From contig CM106585.1 of assembly GCA_048013815.1 (NCBI GenBank), forward strand, positions 6,944,001 to 7,008,000: a stretch of DNA of 64,000 nucleotides. Direction: 5' to 3'. The stretch is from Setoptus koraiensis (lineage: Eukaryota > Animalia > Arthropoda). The notes under the pieces were generated by a model. That model worked only from the letters and a program-made list of their open reading frames with translations, ran no database searches and had not been told where the DNA came from. A program made the position numbers and the translations under genes. Positions within the stretch are counted from its first letter, which is position 1. Every line of letters begins with the position of its first letter. Shown here in pieces: positions 12,601-27,518 of the stretch.

Positions 12601-15600
12601 GGTGGCATCATACAGTGCCGATTACAGTTTGCTGGCGCTCTCGCGGCCGGTTGTTGCTGTTGTTGGCCGGTCGCGGGCCGGTTGCTGTTGCGGGCCGGTG
12701 CACGGCAACGCTCTCATTTGGCCAATGAATGAGCGCGTCGCCGTGAAGCGATACCGCTCAATTTGATTCAGCGATGGAATCATGATGGGCACCTATATCG
12801 ACTTATGACACAATAACACGGACACACTTGCGCACCGCGCTTGTCTGCCCATTGGCCCGATGCGCTATCATCAATGGGGCCCCGTCATTATTAATAGCGC
12901 CCGCCAGCTACCTGTGCCAGCGGGCGCCGTTGATACACTTGCAGCGTGCAAGACGCTGTTGCCGTATATTGATATTGATCGCTATTCATAGATAGATTCG
13001 TTGGCACAACTTGAGCCGCTCGAGAGCTTGTTTGGGCCGGCCAGCGCGGCCATATCGCACACGGCCGCGCTGGCCGGACTTGCTGGCTCGCCGTTATGTT
13101 GGTCGGTGTGTGTGTGGGTACCGTTAGTGCAATTATACAACAACAAGCTGCCGAATTGGCATGCAGCATTGCGGACAGCATTAAATCAATCGGCTATCTG
13201 TGCGCCCACACCGTTACAGCGCCCCTCGCGGCGGCGCTGTCAGCGGGGGCCGAGGTGCCCAGGCGCTAATAACGTAATAACAGCCAGCTTGGCAGGCTGG
13301 CAAGCGACGACTTCTGATGAGGCTGTGGTATGATCATGCAAATGATGACATTGACAGATTATTTGAGTGGCACGAGCGCGCGGGGCGCCCCCTACACCTT
13401 GCAAGTTGCCTAGGCGCGAAACAACAATGGTGGCGCGTGAATCAATCTTGATCAGCGCCCCAATCGACTGTCAATCGCACGCGGTGCCCGAACGCGCCTT
13501 GTCGCGCGGCCAGGACAAACTGCTGGCGGCGCCTCTAACTGACAAATCTTTTGCAGCTGGCGCGCCCATTTGAAAAGGTCAGCCGGTGGCGAGTTGAGGC
13601 CGGTTGAGTCGCCAGTTGCGGGCCGCCAGTCATCGCTCACGGGCACCGCTCACTCATACCCGTAAGCGGCCGTTTGATCACACTATCACGGCGTCGCTTA
13701 CTAACGGGCAGCCATAAGTTATAACAATGTTATAAGTGTCTGTCGCTCGCCACGACTGCCAGCAACCGTGCGATACTCGCAACAACAACAGCATATGTAT
13801 GTACATAATTGCCTCGCCGGTCGCTTGTCGCCGTTTGAGCCAATTGGGGCCCGGCGCAACAAACGAGTTTCATTCATTATTCATGCAATATTTGGTGCCG
13901 CTCGCGCCGTCGGCCGGCCCAAAATAGCCGGCCTCACAGCGCTCGCTTTGTTGCGCACTTCGCCGTTATAAGCGGCGGCAATGGGGCCCGTGGCCATTTA
14001 ATTCGAGCCGCACAATGGCCGATTTGTAGTGGGCGCCAAACAGCGAGCGTCCGCTGCTGCTGCCGAGCTCGTCTGTCGCCAATCCGCTGCTGTCTGCCAA
14101 TGTGGGCCAATTTGCTCTGAATTGATTGCGCCAGCGCCCCGAGCTGGCTGGTTTCGCTTGCCGGCTACGTGAGGCCGCGCCGAGTAGATACAACGTAATT
14201 TATCACAATCACGGCCGGATAACGGTTACATTTGACATCTCAACAGCAAGCATGCGCTTAATGAATATTTGGCGCCAATGATGCCAACGGGCGACAACCG
14301 AGCCGATCGACGCTGACAAAAGTCGCGAGTCAATTTTTTCTCGCACGCGCGCGCCCCCCATTCAAGACTGACAATTGACAGTCGATTGTCTCGGTTGATT
14401 TTAATTTGGGTCTAATTTTCATTGAGCTGGCCAGTCTGGGGCCCACGTGAGCAACCGGAAACAATGCAAGCAGAAATGCACGCTGCAATGCATCGGCCAA
14501 CAAACCGATTCGAGCTTTCGACTGGCAACTTCCGATCGGTGGCCAACTTTTTCGCGCCAATCGGCCCAAACTCCTGAGTGCGTAACGGACGCACTAGAGA
14601 ATTTTTACGAACAGGGGCGCGCATTTTGAAAAGCAAAAGCGGTCACCGCCATGAGGGGGTGCCGGCTGCCCGAGCGCAAAGGGGAGTTACACTGGAATTG
14701 GACGGAGTTTTATCAGCCGTTTACAAGGGGTGCACACACGCTTACAAGAGTTGCATTCAGAAACGCATTGCAGATATTCACGATTGAGGGTTGGCCGTGG
14801 TGAGATGCACAATCCAATCAGCGCGTTCCCTATCATTAGTACCCATCATTGGTAATAATTATATATAAAAATTATCTGTGATAACCCAGTAGTGCCCAGG
14901 TAGTAGTACTTATACTAGGTACTGGTGATAAGATGGCGAAAATACTGCTGAGCAGAAAAGCCTCGACAGAAAAATCTCTCTTTGTCTAGCTAATGAATGT
15001 TAATTAGCTCAATTAGCCATTATTAGGGTCAGGCGAATGGGATGTTTAGTGTCATCTTGCATAGCTAGTTGCTCGCTAGATATACGATTGCCTTTGGGTT
15101 GTCTCGTGCGAGACTATTGCTGCTTGGGTGATCGCTTGTGCGCCAACAAGACAAGAGAGGGCGTCTCGAGATACGAGCAGATACCGGCATGGTTGTTAGT
15201 CGCTTGTACGGTTGTCACAAATGTCAACCATGTTGACAGGTACACCTGACAAACCTGATTTCGCTGACAAGATAAACCTATTTACCTATTTACATGATAT
15301 CGACTCCAACCTCACTCTGCTTCTTCTCAACTTTCCTGTCTCTGGCCAGCTAGAGAAGCTAGGTTTTTGCCCACAAAATGCCTCACTTTCGAGATAGCTT
15401 AGCCCCAAGAATGCTTTTATTGTGCGCATCTTCGCGTTCATTCGAATTGAAGCAGGCGCACTGAATGGGCAATTGAAAACTGCTGCAATTACGGGCGCAT
15501 GCCTCATGGCAAGCACGCACGGATTTTCGGAAAGTGTGAGAAAATTTCGATTACTGCAGAAAATATTCATTTTAGGCATTTTCTTGCACCAATCAGTTTC

Positions 15601-17068
15601 AATTCAATGCAGTTGAGTTTTGTCGGAATGGGCGTCATCGATTTGTGAGTGGCCAAGCGGCGATGACCGATTACAAGTCTATTATACCGGTATATATGTG
15701 TGTAAGTATATGCAATAATGTTTATTTGAATACACACAGACTAAAGGTGTTGGTCGAGCCAACATTGAAACTATGTTCAACGAAATTGGATTTTGCAGCC
15801 AGTGAGAGCAGTCCAATTGATTTGACTTTTCACGTTGAGTATGATAACAACAATGACTTTAGAGGAGCACTTATGTCACCGCTGGCCAAATGTTTGTGGG
15901 CGACATGATGCGAACGTGATGGTCACGCTGTTGAAATATCAAGCAGCACCATTGCTGGCTGTTGGAGGTTGTCGGAAATTAATTAATTCAGCCCCTGTGC
16001 AATATTAATTGCTAGCCGAGCGAGAGAGATCGAGTGAGACAGATATGATCGGTTGATGTAAATTTTGAGCTAGTTTCACAGCCTCGGTTGCGGTCTCGTG
16101 ATCTGTCTCGTGCGGACTAAATTTGCATAATACCCGGTACACACACACACACACAGGTGATTGATAAACAACAGACAGAGGTCCAATTGATAAAAACAAC
16201 TGGCGCGACTGGCATATGGCTGCCAGTCATGAGATGCTCCCATCCGATGACAAGTTGCCTAGGTACGACAGGGGCGCTGCCGACTGACTTTAGCTGACAA
16301 CAGTACGCGCACCACAAACTGGCTGGCTAACGCAAACACGAGCGCGACGAGCAAAAATCAACAAACGCGCTGACTGGATAAAATGTAGCTAGACAGATAA
16401 ATGCTAGCCGGCCATTCGTGTCAGACGATCCCTAGCGAGACTGTGTAAAGTGTGTGTGTGTGTGTGTAAAAAAGGAGCGGGTATTGAAAAGCAAGCAGGC
16501 AGGCACGACAGGAAATTAAAGAGCCCGATAGTTGTTTGTATTGCGCCAATGGCTAAACTAACAAATTATGTTTTTCATCAAATTGACCCGGATATTTCGC
16601 GCGCGTTTGTGTGTGTGCGTGTGCGTGTTGGCAGGGGGAGGCACGATTTGTTTGTTTGTGGTCGTGCGGACGCAAGCAACCACATATATCACACATACGC
16701 CACCTATAACAGTATTTGAGAGATGCACAGGTGAACAGGTTGTTGGGGGACACATGTCGCCCACTTTGATTGGCATACTAATAAGCGCGGTCTTAAACTC
16801 AATTAGGGCCAGGCTAACAGGGTATTCGAGGCAGCTTTTGGGGCGCTGCGCGAGCAAGCAAGTAAAACTGCTAATGAGGCCCGTTCGTCGCGAGCTCGCC
16901 GTCTGGGATATTTGCAACAGCCATCCAATTAGGAAGGGGCCGCAACGTCATTGATCAATTTGTTTAGGCTCGCTGCCTTCATCAGTGCTTCATCGTCTGT
17001 CAGCGCTCGACTGGCTGACTGGTGATATTTTTATTTTTGCTACATTGCTCTTGTGGCTTTACTTTTAT

Positions 17069-17155
17069 TTCGCTCGTGGCCTCGCTTTTGGTTCGCTCGT
17101 GGCCTCGCTTTTGGTTCGCTCGTGGCCTCGCTTTTGGTTCGCTCGTGGCCTCACT
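17069..17155. repeat. 23-bp tandem repeat TTCGCTCGTGGCCTCGCTTTTGG, ~4 copies
   Basis: Read directly. Confidence 0.9.
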
Positions 17156-18343
17156 TTCATCTGGGCCATATGACAGCTGCTAGCCGGTCGATTGGCGCTG
17201 TCAAACAAGTTTGTGGACGGGCGGCCAATTGTACACAAGCTGTTGGCGAGCTTGTCACATTGTTGTTGTTGTTGCGGGCAAGGTGTGCCAAGGCTGTTTA
17301 ACTTGTTTGTTTGGCCATAATTAATAGTAATAGTAATAACATCCTTACAACTTAACTTGCAGCTCTCACGCCGAGCCAACTGCGACAACTCGTGTTATTG
17401 ATATTGGCGCGCTAATACACACTAATCCGTGTTTAGTCCGAAATGCGATCTGGCCCCATTTGCGGCCCAAATAGCCAAATAGAAACGCATGCAAGCAGCG
17501 GCACACACGGCGACACACCGGGCCCAAACGGCGACTTGAGGCCCAAACGGCGACTTTGGGCCCAAGCGGCGAGGCCTCATCCGAACCTCAAACAGCCAAA
17601 CAGCCGGATAGGCAAACACACAAACAGCCCAACATACAACTGGCGGCCATTACTGCTATTACCGTTAGTGCCGTCGCCAGAAACAAACAAATCTAGCTCA
17701 CATAATAATATTAATGTTGGTTAAAACAAGCAAACAAACAGGTACAGCCAAGCAAACACGAGCCAAACAACGCGCCGCAAACAATGGACAAACATTATTT
17801 ATTCACACACTTTGTTCTCTGGCGAGCTCGCTGGCTGGCTGGATGGCTGGTTGTTAGTCGGGTTGACAGTTTTGTTTTGCACTAATGTGAAACCAGTGTT
17901 GTTGTTGGCGGCGGCGGCCGCTTGCACCAGCCGCGGCAACATTATATATATAAATGCGCTCATTCAAGCAACATTTTGCGCCGGTTGGCGCGTCAGTCTC
18001 AAGTTAAAGTAAAGGTCAACGAGCGATCGCATTAGACAATGGGGCCCCTGCAGATACCTCGCTGGTTAGACAAAAAGCGCCAGCGCTGACTGTTGCGAGT
18101 ATTTTAAATAGCCACACTAGTCGCTCGCTATGCTGGCTAGACACTCTGGCCCGGCACAAATATCGCAACATCTGGCGATATTTGCGGCGATATCTGGCGA
18201 TGAGTGCCGACTGCACAGACTGCAGTGCTGTGCTTGTTTGGGCAGTGTCTGCTTTCGGGCGCCGTATCCGGTAACAGGTAAGTGGGCCCGTTACGACAAC
18301 TGGGTCGCTGCAACCCGCGCCAGCCCTCAATTGCGCCCGATAC

Positions 18344-18400
18344 GAGGCCCGTGCGAGGCCCGTGTGAGGCCCGTGCGAGGCCCGTGTGAGGCCCGTGCGA
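18344..18400. repeat. 11-bp tandem repeat GAGGCCCGTG(C/T), ~5 copies
   Basis: Read directly. Confidence 0.9.
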
Positions 18401-18599
18401 GGCGACCAGTGTTGCTGGTGGCGCTTGTTTGGGCACTTTTCTGAACGGGAGCGTTTGCACTTGTCTCATTATGGCGCCCGTTACTCACCGTTATCCACTG
18501 TTGCGACAGGCACGACAAGATGCGCGCAAGCCAGATTTGCTTACAATTGTTGGCGGTTGTTGCTCGACTGTCTTGCCACTGGCGACGAGCGACCACGTC

Positions 18600-18722
18600 T
18601 GACGACGATAATGGCGACGACAGCAACGACAGCAACGACAACAACGACAACAACGACAACAACGACAACAACGACAACAACGACAACAACGACGACAACG
18701 ACAGCAACGACGGCGACAACGA
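18600..18722. repeat. AACGACAAC-type 9-mer/trinucleotide array
   Basis: Read directly; it produces spurious polyT/L/NDN ORFs. Confidence 0.9.
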
Positions 18723-19577
18723 GACAAGATTTAAGTCACGTACATGCACAAACATGACAATTTGCATATAAAACGCGCCGACCTTTGCCCAATTGTCCTA
18801 TGGGCCGTCAGCCGACTTGCCCGTCAGCTGACCAGCGGTCAACATACAACACAATGTGGCGACAGTACGTGGCAGTTGCGTAACGTGTTGTGCGTAACGC
18901 CATATAACTTAGCCGCCGATGTGTTATGTAACATCAGCTTAAGCGTATTACATAACACCGCCTTGTTATATGAGCAGGCCGGCAGGCTAATTTGGCTGCC
19001 AATTGTCGCTGCGCCGTTAACCAAACAGCAAACAGTGAGTTTGTGTCGTGGTGAGTGAGGCACTAATCAAAATAAATAATAGCACATTGTTAATTAATAT
19101 CATCAATAAACTTGAGTAAGTTGGTCATTATCGTCGCCCGCTAATTAGTGCAATGCATTTACCATTTGCATAACTGGTCAGCTGTTGGCCGAGGCTGGGC
19201 CCTTGTGTCACAGCAGTTGTCAGTGTGTCGCATGTATTTTTGTTTTTTGTTGTGTGACCACCATTGGACGACATTGGCATCTAAGCAGAATTTTGCAATT
19301 TGTATTTCGATTGGCAATGCATTGTTTGTTGCTGTTGGCCAACAGATGTTACGCAATAATTCATTTAATGTATGTACATGTAAAATTGATCGGCCACGGA
19401 TTTTGGCTGCGGATTTTGCATAAAATCGAACAGCGTATCGGCGATTTTACAGCGAAAAAATGTAGCTAATTTAAATAAAATAATGTCTAGACATTAGGCA
19501 TTAGCATATGGGCATGGCACAACTTTAAAAACAAATTGAATATTGCTGTCCCCGGCTTGCAAGTCGCAGCAACAGCG

Positions 19578-19578
<1 letters not shown>

Positions 19579-19644
<66 letters not shown>

Positions 19645-19645
19645 C
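19579..19645. repeat. (AAC)n microsatellite, ~22 units
   Basis: Read directly. Confidence 0.95.
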
Positions 19646-21328
19646 TCAACTGCATAGAAGCGAGCTGTGGCCGCTACCGGCGCATTTTGTGTAAAAATAA
19701 ACTGGCCGCGCTCACCTGACAGCGAGACAATGCGCACACGTCCGCATCATATCGGCATATAGCACACGAGCCATTGTACAAGACAATTCAATTACTCGAT
19801 GGCGCCAACAACAGCGCCAACAGCGCCAACAAGGGCCACAACAACGCCAACAACAACGCCAACAACAACGACAACAACAACGACAACAACGGCAACCGAC
19901 GGCAAACAATCGGATAGCGGCGGTCAAGGCAACAACAAATTGAGTTTGCAATTGACGGCCGTTGTCCGGCCGCACACACCGCTGTCACTCGTTTGCCTGA
20001 CAGGTACAACAAAGGCCCGTCCAAAACAAAGCGCCCGCTCACCTGTCGGGCCTCGACTCACGCATCGCGCAATACCCGCAGCAATACCCGCAGCAATACC
20101 CGCAGCAATACCCACAGCAATGCGCGAGCCGATGCACGAGGCGATATTTCGGCTGTGCACTTGTCGCCGGCAAGCTGCTGGCCCCATTCCGCAGTTGCCA
20201 CTAATAGCGGTTGGCCGGCCGCTGGCTAATGCCTGCCAATGATACAAATGTTGTCCCATTACCTGTGCATGCAAATTGGCTATGCACAGCTTAATTCGCC
20301 GATTCAAGGCCGCCCGTCGGCGCCGGTCAGCACTTTTGCCGGCCCGCACTTTTGCCGGCCCGCACTTTTGCCGGTCAGCACTTTTCGGGCCAGATGGTGC
20401 CGGCGCTGTGCCGGCGCAGTTGGGGCCCCGCTCGAGAGGGGCCGCTCGACATAAGTGCTGTTGAAATTGATATAAGCATATAATTGCATAGATAATTTAC
20501 TTGCAACGTGCCCTGAGTGCGCGTGATATATGCGCGTGATATATGCGGTGCACATGTATAAATATCCATACAAATATAAACATAAATATATATAGGCTGT
20601 TGCGCTTACATGCGCACAAATGAAATAAATGTAAATGAAATAAGCACGCTGATGCAATCAACATAACGATCGCGCAAACGAATGGCACAAATGAATTTTT
20701 AATTATCATTTTGCACATTGTGTCGCCATCTATGTGGGCCGCCTACGAGATTGACCCCCGAGCTGCTCGACTCGCAATGTCAGCTCGACTCGCAATGTTG
20801 GCTCGACAAACAAAACACCATCATATTGCCAACGGTAGCCACATACTGCATGTGACATACTGTATGTGACACACAGCCCTGGCGGGCCCGCAACAAACTA
20901 CAATTAAGGCAACAACTAACAGTTAATTATGCTCGCGCGCGACTCGAATTATATTTGTATGAGTGTGCGTGTGTCTATTTTTATTGTTTCCCACTGGCTT
21001 GTCGTCATAAACAATCTCGCCATTCATCTCGGCCGGCCAACGATTGCATAATCGTCGGCACAACTGTGCAAGCGTAACTGCGCGCATAACTGTGCAAACA
21101 ACCACGCCGGCCGCATGTGCCGGCCAAATCGTGACAAAGGTCATCTTGATACATTGCTCTCCTGCTCCGGCTGTGCAATCGTGCGTGCGCGAGCAGCCAT
21201 GCACAGCCAGGTGTGCGCGTGAGGCACCTAGCGATTCGCGGACCCAGCGACTTGTGGGCACGGCCGCTGGTCTGGCGACAGGCCAAACGCACATTAGATA
21301 CCGAAAAAATGTTCCGAAAAAACCGAGC

Positions 21329-21385
21329 CCCATAAGGTCCCATAGGGTCCCATAGGGTCCCATAGGGTCCCATAAGGTCCCATTA
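21329..21385. repeat. 10-bp tandem repeat CCCATAGGGT, ~5 copies
   Basis: Read directly; each unit is near-palindromic (ACCCATAGGGT-like). Confidence 0.9.
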
Positions 21386-24300
21386 GGGGCATTTTTGGGC
21401 ACGATTGTGGCAAACATTGCGGGTCGTTGGGCACTTTTGAGCGGGCGCAGGGGGCGCCGAGCAACCGAGATTGTTGTCGCTGGAAATTTTGTTGTTTTGG
21501 GGCCAATCTCGGCCGGAAACAGCGGCGTTGTGTCTTGGCTTGTTGGTCAGTGCGCCGACAGCGGCAACTCGGGCCAAGTCAACACACAAGTGGGCCCCTT
21601 GAGGATATTTCAGCAACTAATTCAAGTCGGCCGCTTTAACTTATGTGACTCGTAATAGCATCCACTCGTCACCTGGCGGCCCATAGCTGACTTTGCACAG
21701 TTGCACAATGTAGCGTGCGGCAAGTCATCGTGCGTCGGCTAATCTCGAGCCAGCACGATGACGCCCCCACACAAATTGCGCGCTCTGTCGCCTCATCTGA
21801 TACAACCGCCAACGGAATCCGCCATCTGCCGGCGAGCAGCCAGGGTGACGCCGGGCCAACGCAACCACCAAATGAGACACCCTCGGCAAGCGAGGCTTAG
21901 ATAGATAGATAGCATCTATCTATCTGAGGGGGGGGGGCGCGTGTCGCGCAGAGCCCATCGGGCTCACCTGTGCATACAAACTTGTATGCGTACAGGACAA
22001 AGGTAGGGGGCACTTAGTACTGCCGCCCGCCAGAAGAGCGCGCCTCGGGCTATCTCATTATGATAATTTTGGCGTGCACTTGTAACTTAAATGATGATTT
22101 GCTCGGCCGCCACTGCGCCGCGCTCCCCACCTCATTTGCATAATGATACCCCTTCGCCGCGACAATACACATACACACACACACACACACACATATATCT
22201 GCGTATATATATATCACATATATACGCAGATACGTATATACATATACAAGATAAATAAATTTGCCTCCCCCTCTGGCCCGCTGACTCGCCGGCGCGACAG
22301 GCCCTTTGAGACTCCTCAGGCGCGCTCTGCTGACAATTTTCACAGCCAGAATGGTGCTGATTGTGCGAATATATACAAGCTGATAAATATCTGGCTCGCG
22401 GGGTCCCGCACTTGACAGCGCGGCAAGGGGGCCAAACTGCCGGCGACCAGTGACGGTGCCAAAATGGTCAACGAGCGAGCTTGCGTTCGCCTCTTTGTGG
22501 GGCCGGCAGAGACGGGCCAAAAAACGGAATAAAGAAGAGGCCCAATTAATTGGTTTACCGGGCGCAGATTAGGCGAAATTGTCAGTCAAGTGACACAGAG
22601 TTGAGATAAGCTCGTCCGCGCATTGCAAGCAGCCGACTAGTTAGAAGCAGATTAGTGGGCCTATCAAGAGGTGCGACAAGGCGCTTCATCAACTGCCACC
22701 GCACCCGACTAATCGCGCCAATCGATCCGGTTAGTTCGGGGCCCCACAGCTCGGCCCAACATCGGGGCACACAAACAATACACATATGAAGATATACAGT
22801 TGGGGCGCTGGCTTTGTAATGAGCGCCGTCAGTAAGCCACTGTCGATGTGGCCGTTGGCTCCCACTGCGCTTGAGACAGGCAACATCGACAATGACGTTC
22901 ACAACAACGACATCGACTTTTGGCAAGCTAGCCCAGCGCTGACTTGACTGCGTTGGCTGGTTACGTCAGGCTGGTTACATCAGGCTGGTTACGTCAGCCG
23001 TTACAACAGCCGTTAGTGTGGCGACGACTGGCTGGCCAACGTGCGCTGTGTCAAAAGTTCAAAATAGATAGTTCGCGTTGGAATGTTTTGATGAGATAAC
23101 GACCGATGGAGAAAATTGTTTCCATTGTTTGTTCGGCTGTCGGCGTTTGTTTGCTTGGCTAGTGGGCGCCCGGCGCGTGCCCGACTGGCGCCAGTCAATG
23201 GCTGATTACGCGCGCACCGACAACCATCGACGGCGACCCTCTCGGGCCGCCCAGCCTTCGGTTGCCGGTCGGGACCGCACCGAGCAGCCGACTCGACGCT
23301 CATCGGGTAACTCGCCGGCTGCCCGAACAACCGAACCTTGGGTGCCTGCCAGCCAGCCAGCCAGCCAGCCAAAACCAAACGACGAGCAAACAAACGAAAC
23401 GTAGACAAAATTTGCCGCTGTCATTTCTCATCGCAACATTATGATCATTTGAATACGATCGCTCGCAAATGCTCCCATCACGCGTCAAGCGATAAATAAC
23501 GAATTCGCAGAAATCGCATCATTTAGTCGGGCGATGTGTTCAACAGCGCGGCGCCACTTGTCAACGGGTGCGGGTCAATCGTCGGTTCGCTGAGGCGCGC
23601 TTTTGGCTCGGCCGATCATTTTTGGCCCCAAGTGTTAAAAGTGAAGTGAGCGTGAAGCGAGTCCGGCGCTCTAAATCAACCCGTGGGCCCGTTATGCGCA
23701 CGGCGAAACAAATAATTGCTAATTATGCCGCATGTACACACCGGAGTGTGTCCGGCGGGCGCCGGGCCGGGCACCGGCCCAACACTCGGACACACACACA
23801 CACACACGACAAACAGCGGCACCAGCGGAGAGCCCAGGAAGCACGCGTGATCGAGTGCGCGAACGGCGCTAGGCGCCGCCAGACTAAGCCGGCCATGCTG
23901 AGCCAGCCGGACGCCGACGTTGGCCGGCGTGCGCGGGCGTGGCTGTCGAGAGAGGCGGCCAATTAGATGACAGCCGCGCTCTAATTTGCTGACGCTGGTA
24001 GGCTGATGCCGGCCCGTCGCGCGATGTAAATCGGCGTGCGGCAAGAAGCGACGGATAATCCAGTTACTAGATTACAGTGAGCGGGCGCGGATGACCGGCG
24101 CTGGGCCGGCCCGGCCCGGCCGGGCATAAATCATCCCTGAGTATATTACATTTTGCAAGCTGCCATTATTTACCAGAATTGAGCAGAGTGCGCAGCGTGT
24201 AAAGCCAGAGTCGCTTCGAGCCAAAGCACGACAATAGATGGCGAGTCGGTAATAATCTCATCAGTTTAAATTGGAAAATTTGCCCAGAGACAGGCGAACA

Positions 24301-27300
24301 ATCAATTGTGGGGCCCGACTGGGGCCACAGACAGCGGACTGGGCTGGTTGCAATAAACAAATTTCGCCCGGCAGAGGCGCGATTCGAGGCGCAGGAGCGC
24401 CAGTTATTGCGTTGTGAATCACTATTAGTGAGTGTGCCGTGATAAGTTGCTTTTTTGCTTGCGCCGACACTTTCTATCCGGCGGGCGCATACGTATGCTC
24501 AGGCGTGTGAATAAATAAGGGCGCCGAAGTGGCTGTAACAATCGCCCGCCAGACAGGCGACCATTATCCGGGTGGCTGCCGGCGAGCGTATCACCTCCGC
24601 TGTTGGTGGGGCTGGCAAATGAGGCGCGCTTAGCCGGCACTCGTACGTCGCCAATTTCGGCAATTGCGGCGTCGCGCGGCGCTTCGGCGTTCCGGCGTCG
24701 CGGCGTTTCGGCGATTCGGGCGATTTCGCGGGCCCAATTCCGCTGAACAGGCCAGTGGCTGCTGTTATTATTGCTATTATTCTAAATTCCTGTCTGGGCC
24801 CCTCGCTTGATGGCCATGGCGCGCAGAGCGGGCTTATTTGCGCAAAAAGCACAAACGGTGCAAACATTGGCGCCATTTGGGCCAAAGCAAAAGCGCCCAA
24901 ATAGCGCCGATCCACCGGCCAGTAATAACAACCTGCTCGGCTCACCTGAGTCGAGTGTTGCGCCATAACGGTTACAGTGTGTGTGTGTGTGTTGTACACA
25001 ATGTATAAATATAAATACAAATTATACGTTATCTCCGTATTATCATCTTAATGTTAATGCTGTGGCACTGATTAGAATTGAATTTAAACGGCGCGCGCCC
25101 CAGTAATCGATTGATCTAAATCCACTGCGCACACGCCCCCCCCCTCCCGACAGGTAGGCGTGCACCCGGCACAATGACAGCTGACAGGTGAGCTCACTCG
25201 ACGACGACGACCTCGGGACAGGTCGACGAGTGGGCGTGCACGAGCGGAGGCTCGCTGAATTGGGGCCCCAATTAAGAGATTAAGCGTGCGCTATGAGTGG
25301 CGCCGGTCGCTTGTAAGGACAGGTAAGTGACACAATGGTGACAGGCGCACAGCTGATACAGGGGCTTGTGCAACCGATAGAGCGACTGATACAGCGACTA
25401 GAGCACAGCTGATACAACTAATAGAGTTGTGAGATTACCGGCTGACAACGGGCACAGACAGGTAACGGGCTGGTGGTTGTTGCGCAATGTTTTTGACCTA
25501 TCTTGACTGGCACAAACTGGCACGAACAAGTAAACAACAAATGAACACACAAACACACTGTCCACTGTCATTGGCTTGTGTCACCGGCGATCAGCTGACC
25601 GGTGACACAAGCCAATTGATTTATCTCTTGTTGTCGTGACGCTCGCGAGGGCCGTGTCACTGACAGTGTCACACTGATTGTAAACGAAACACGCCAAATA
25701 AACAGCTTGACACCCATCGATTGGCTGCCTGCGATACTGCGCGATACTGCGCGATACTGTGCGATTGTAAGCCAGTGAGAGGCTGTGAGAGGCGCTGAGA
25801 GATGGCCAGAGATTTCGCGCCAGTGGGGCCCCGTAAGCCCTATGGGCGTGTGAGCTATGTCGGCATCTGGCCCAATCTGATCAGTGATTGTGCGTCGAGT
25901 GTGTGCGGATAAATTGTGTCAGAGCACAAATACAAACAGCCAGAACAGGTGAGCGTTTAATGGGCAATACATGTCGCACGGCCGTGGCTCAATCAATATC
26001 AGCGCGCTGCACATCATCGCCATTGTCAGTGGGCCCTCTGGTGACTTTGGCTCAACTTATTGACAGCGGTCAGACAGCGCCACTGTCGGACAAAAGTCAA
26101 CTAACACAATTCGGACAAGCGCTGACACATTGGCGCACTCATCAACAGGTCACACTCACAGGCTCACCTGTGCCAGTAACGTCATCAGCCAGTTGATGAC
26201 GTAATAATGTGCCGTACACCGAGAGCTAGCTAGCGGAAATGATGATAGTTATCAACGTTAACAACATTGTCTTGCTAATGTGCCGCTGGTTGCCTTGGCC
26301 TGTCCGCTGTGGCACGTGAAACGTCACGCGCGTCACTATTGGGGCAAACACAACATAACAAACAATGGGTTAACATGGGCCCAAAAGAGCATTTGCCCGA
26401 CTGTCAGACGATGCAAGACAATGTGCCATGGACAGAGCTGCCTGGCATGCACACTGCCGGCAGAGATGCAAATTAACTTATGCCGGCGAACGGGACCCGG
26501 CGCCATCAAGCCGCTTGACTCAACTCAGCGGCAACTCGGGCAATTTCGGCACCGGCAGGCCAAGCCAACAGCACTGCTGAGGGGCCCCTCAGCCCTGAGC
26601 AGCCCAAACAGCGCGCCGCCGAAATAGTGTACAACTAGCTGGGCCCAAGCGCCAGTGTACAGGTAGAAAGAAATTGTAAAAGCAGGGCCAGAGGGGCGCG
26701 CGATTTTGGGGCCGAGGGCGCAAAAGGGGCGACAGTAGCGCAAGAGCCGCTTGCCAGGTTCAATTATGCGTGCGCCTACAGGGGCGAGCGCACCATTTGA
26801 TGCGACGAACGACGGGCGACGGGCCAAGAGCCGAGAGCGAAGGAGCAAACCAATTGCCAGTTACGACGTGACGATGATGATAATTATGACGATGACTATT
26901 CTCAGCCGGTCGGGCGCTTTTTCGTTTTGCAGCGAGCGAGCCGCGTTCCTCTGTTGTCCGCGGCCATGCTCGGCCCGGCTCGATTCGGCTCGGCCCGGCT
27001 CGATTTTCCTCAAATCGAATCGAGGCGAAGCGACGCGGCTCCTTCCAATTCGATTGCATTGAATGGGGCTCAATAATCCGACGCTTGAATCGCGCGGCCG
27101 ACTAGATTAAATTCTTCACTAACGGCTCGCTGGCTCAGTTTGCGCGTCGCGCTCGACGGGGCCAGTTCAAGTTGAAGGGTCCATTTATGTGTCTCATTTT
27201 GCCAGTTACCTGTTCGAACGCTCGTGTGTGTGTGTGTGTGTGTGTGTGTTGTCGCGGGCTTGCACGGGCCGGGCCTGTGGGCCCCAGTTCGCGCTGACAA

Positions 27301-27486
27301 TTCGGCGCGAACTGGGGCCCCTTGCAATGGGAGACAGTTATGCAACGTGCTCGCTGGCTGGCTGGCTGGCTGGCGGCGGGGACAGATAAGAGCCGGCATA
27401 GTTTTATTTTATCTGCTAATAATGGCTTATAGGCGATCGGCCACTTATACTCGCACTTGGGGCCCACTTGTGCTCGCGCTCTTGCC

Positions 27487-27518
<32 letters not shown>

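Noticed and set aside
14780-15600. AT-richer, microsatellite-free island in the intron
   Set aside because: Probably an old insertion, but no TIR, TSD or protein motif could be supported.
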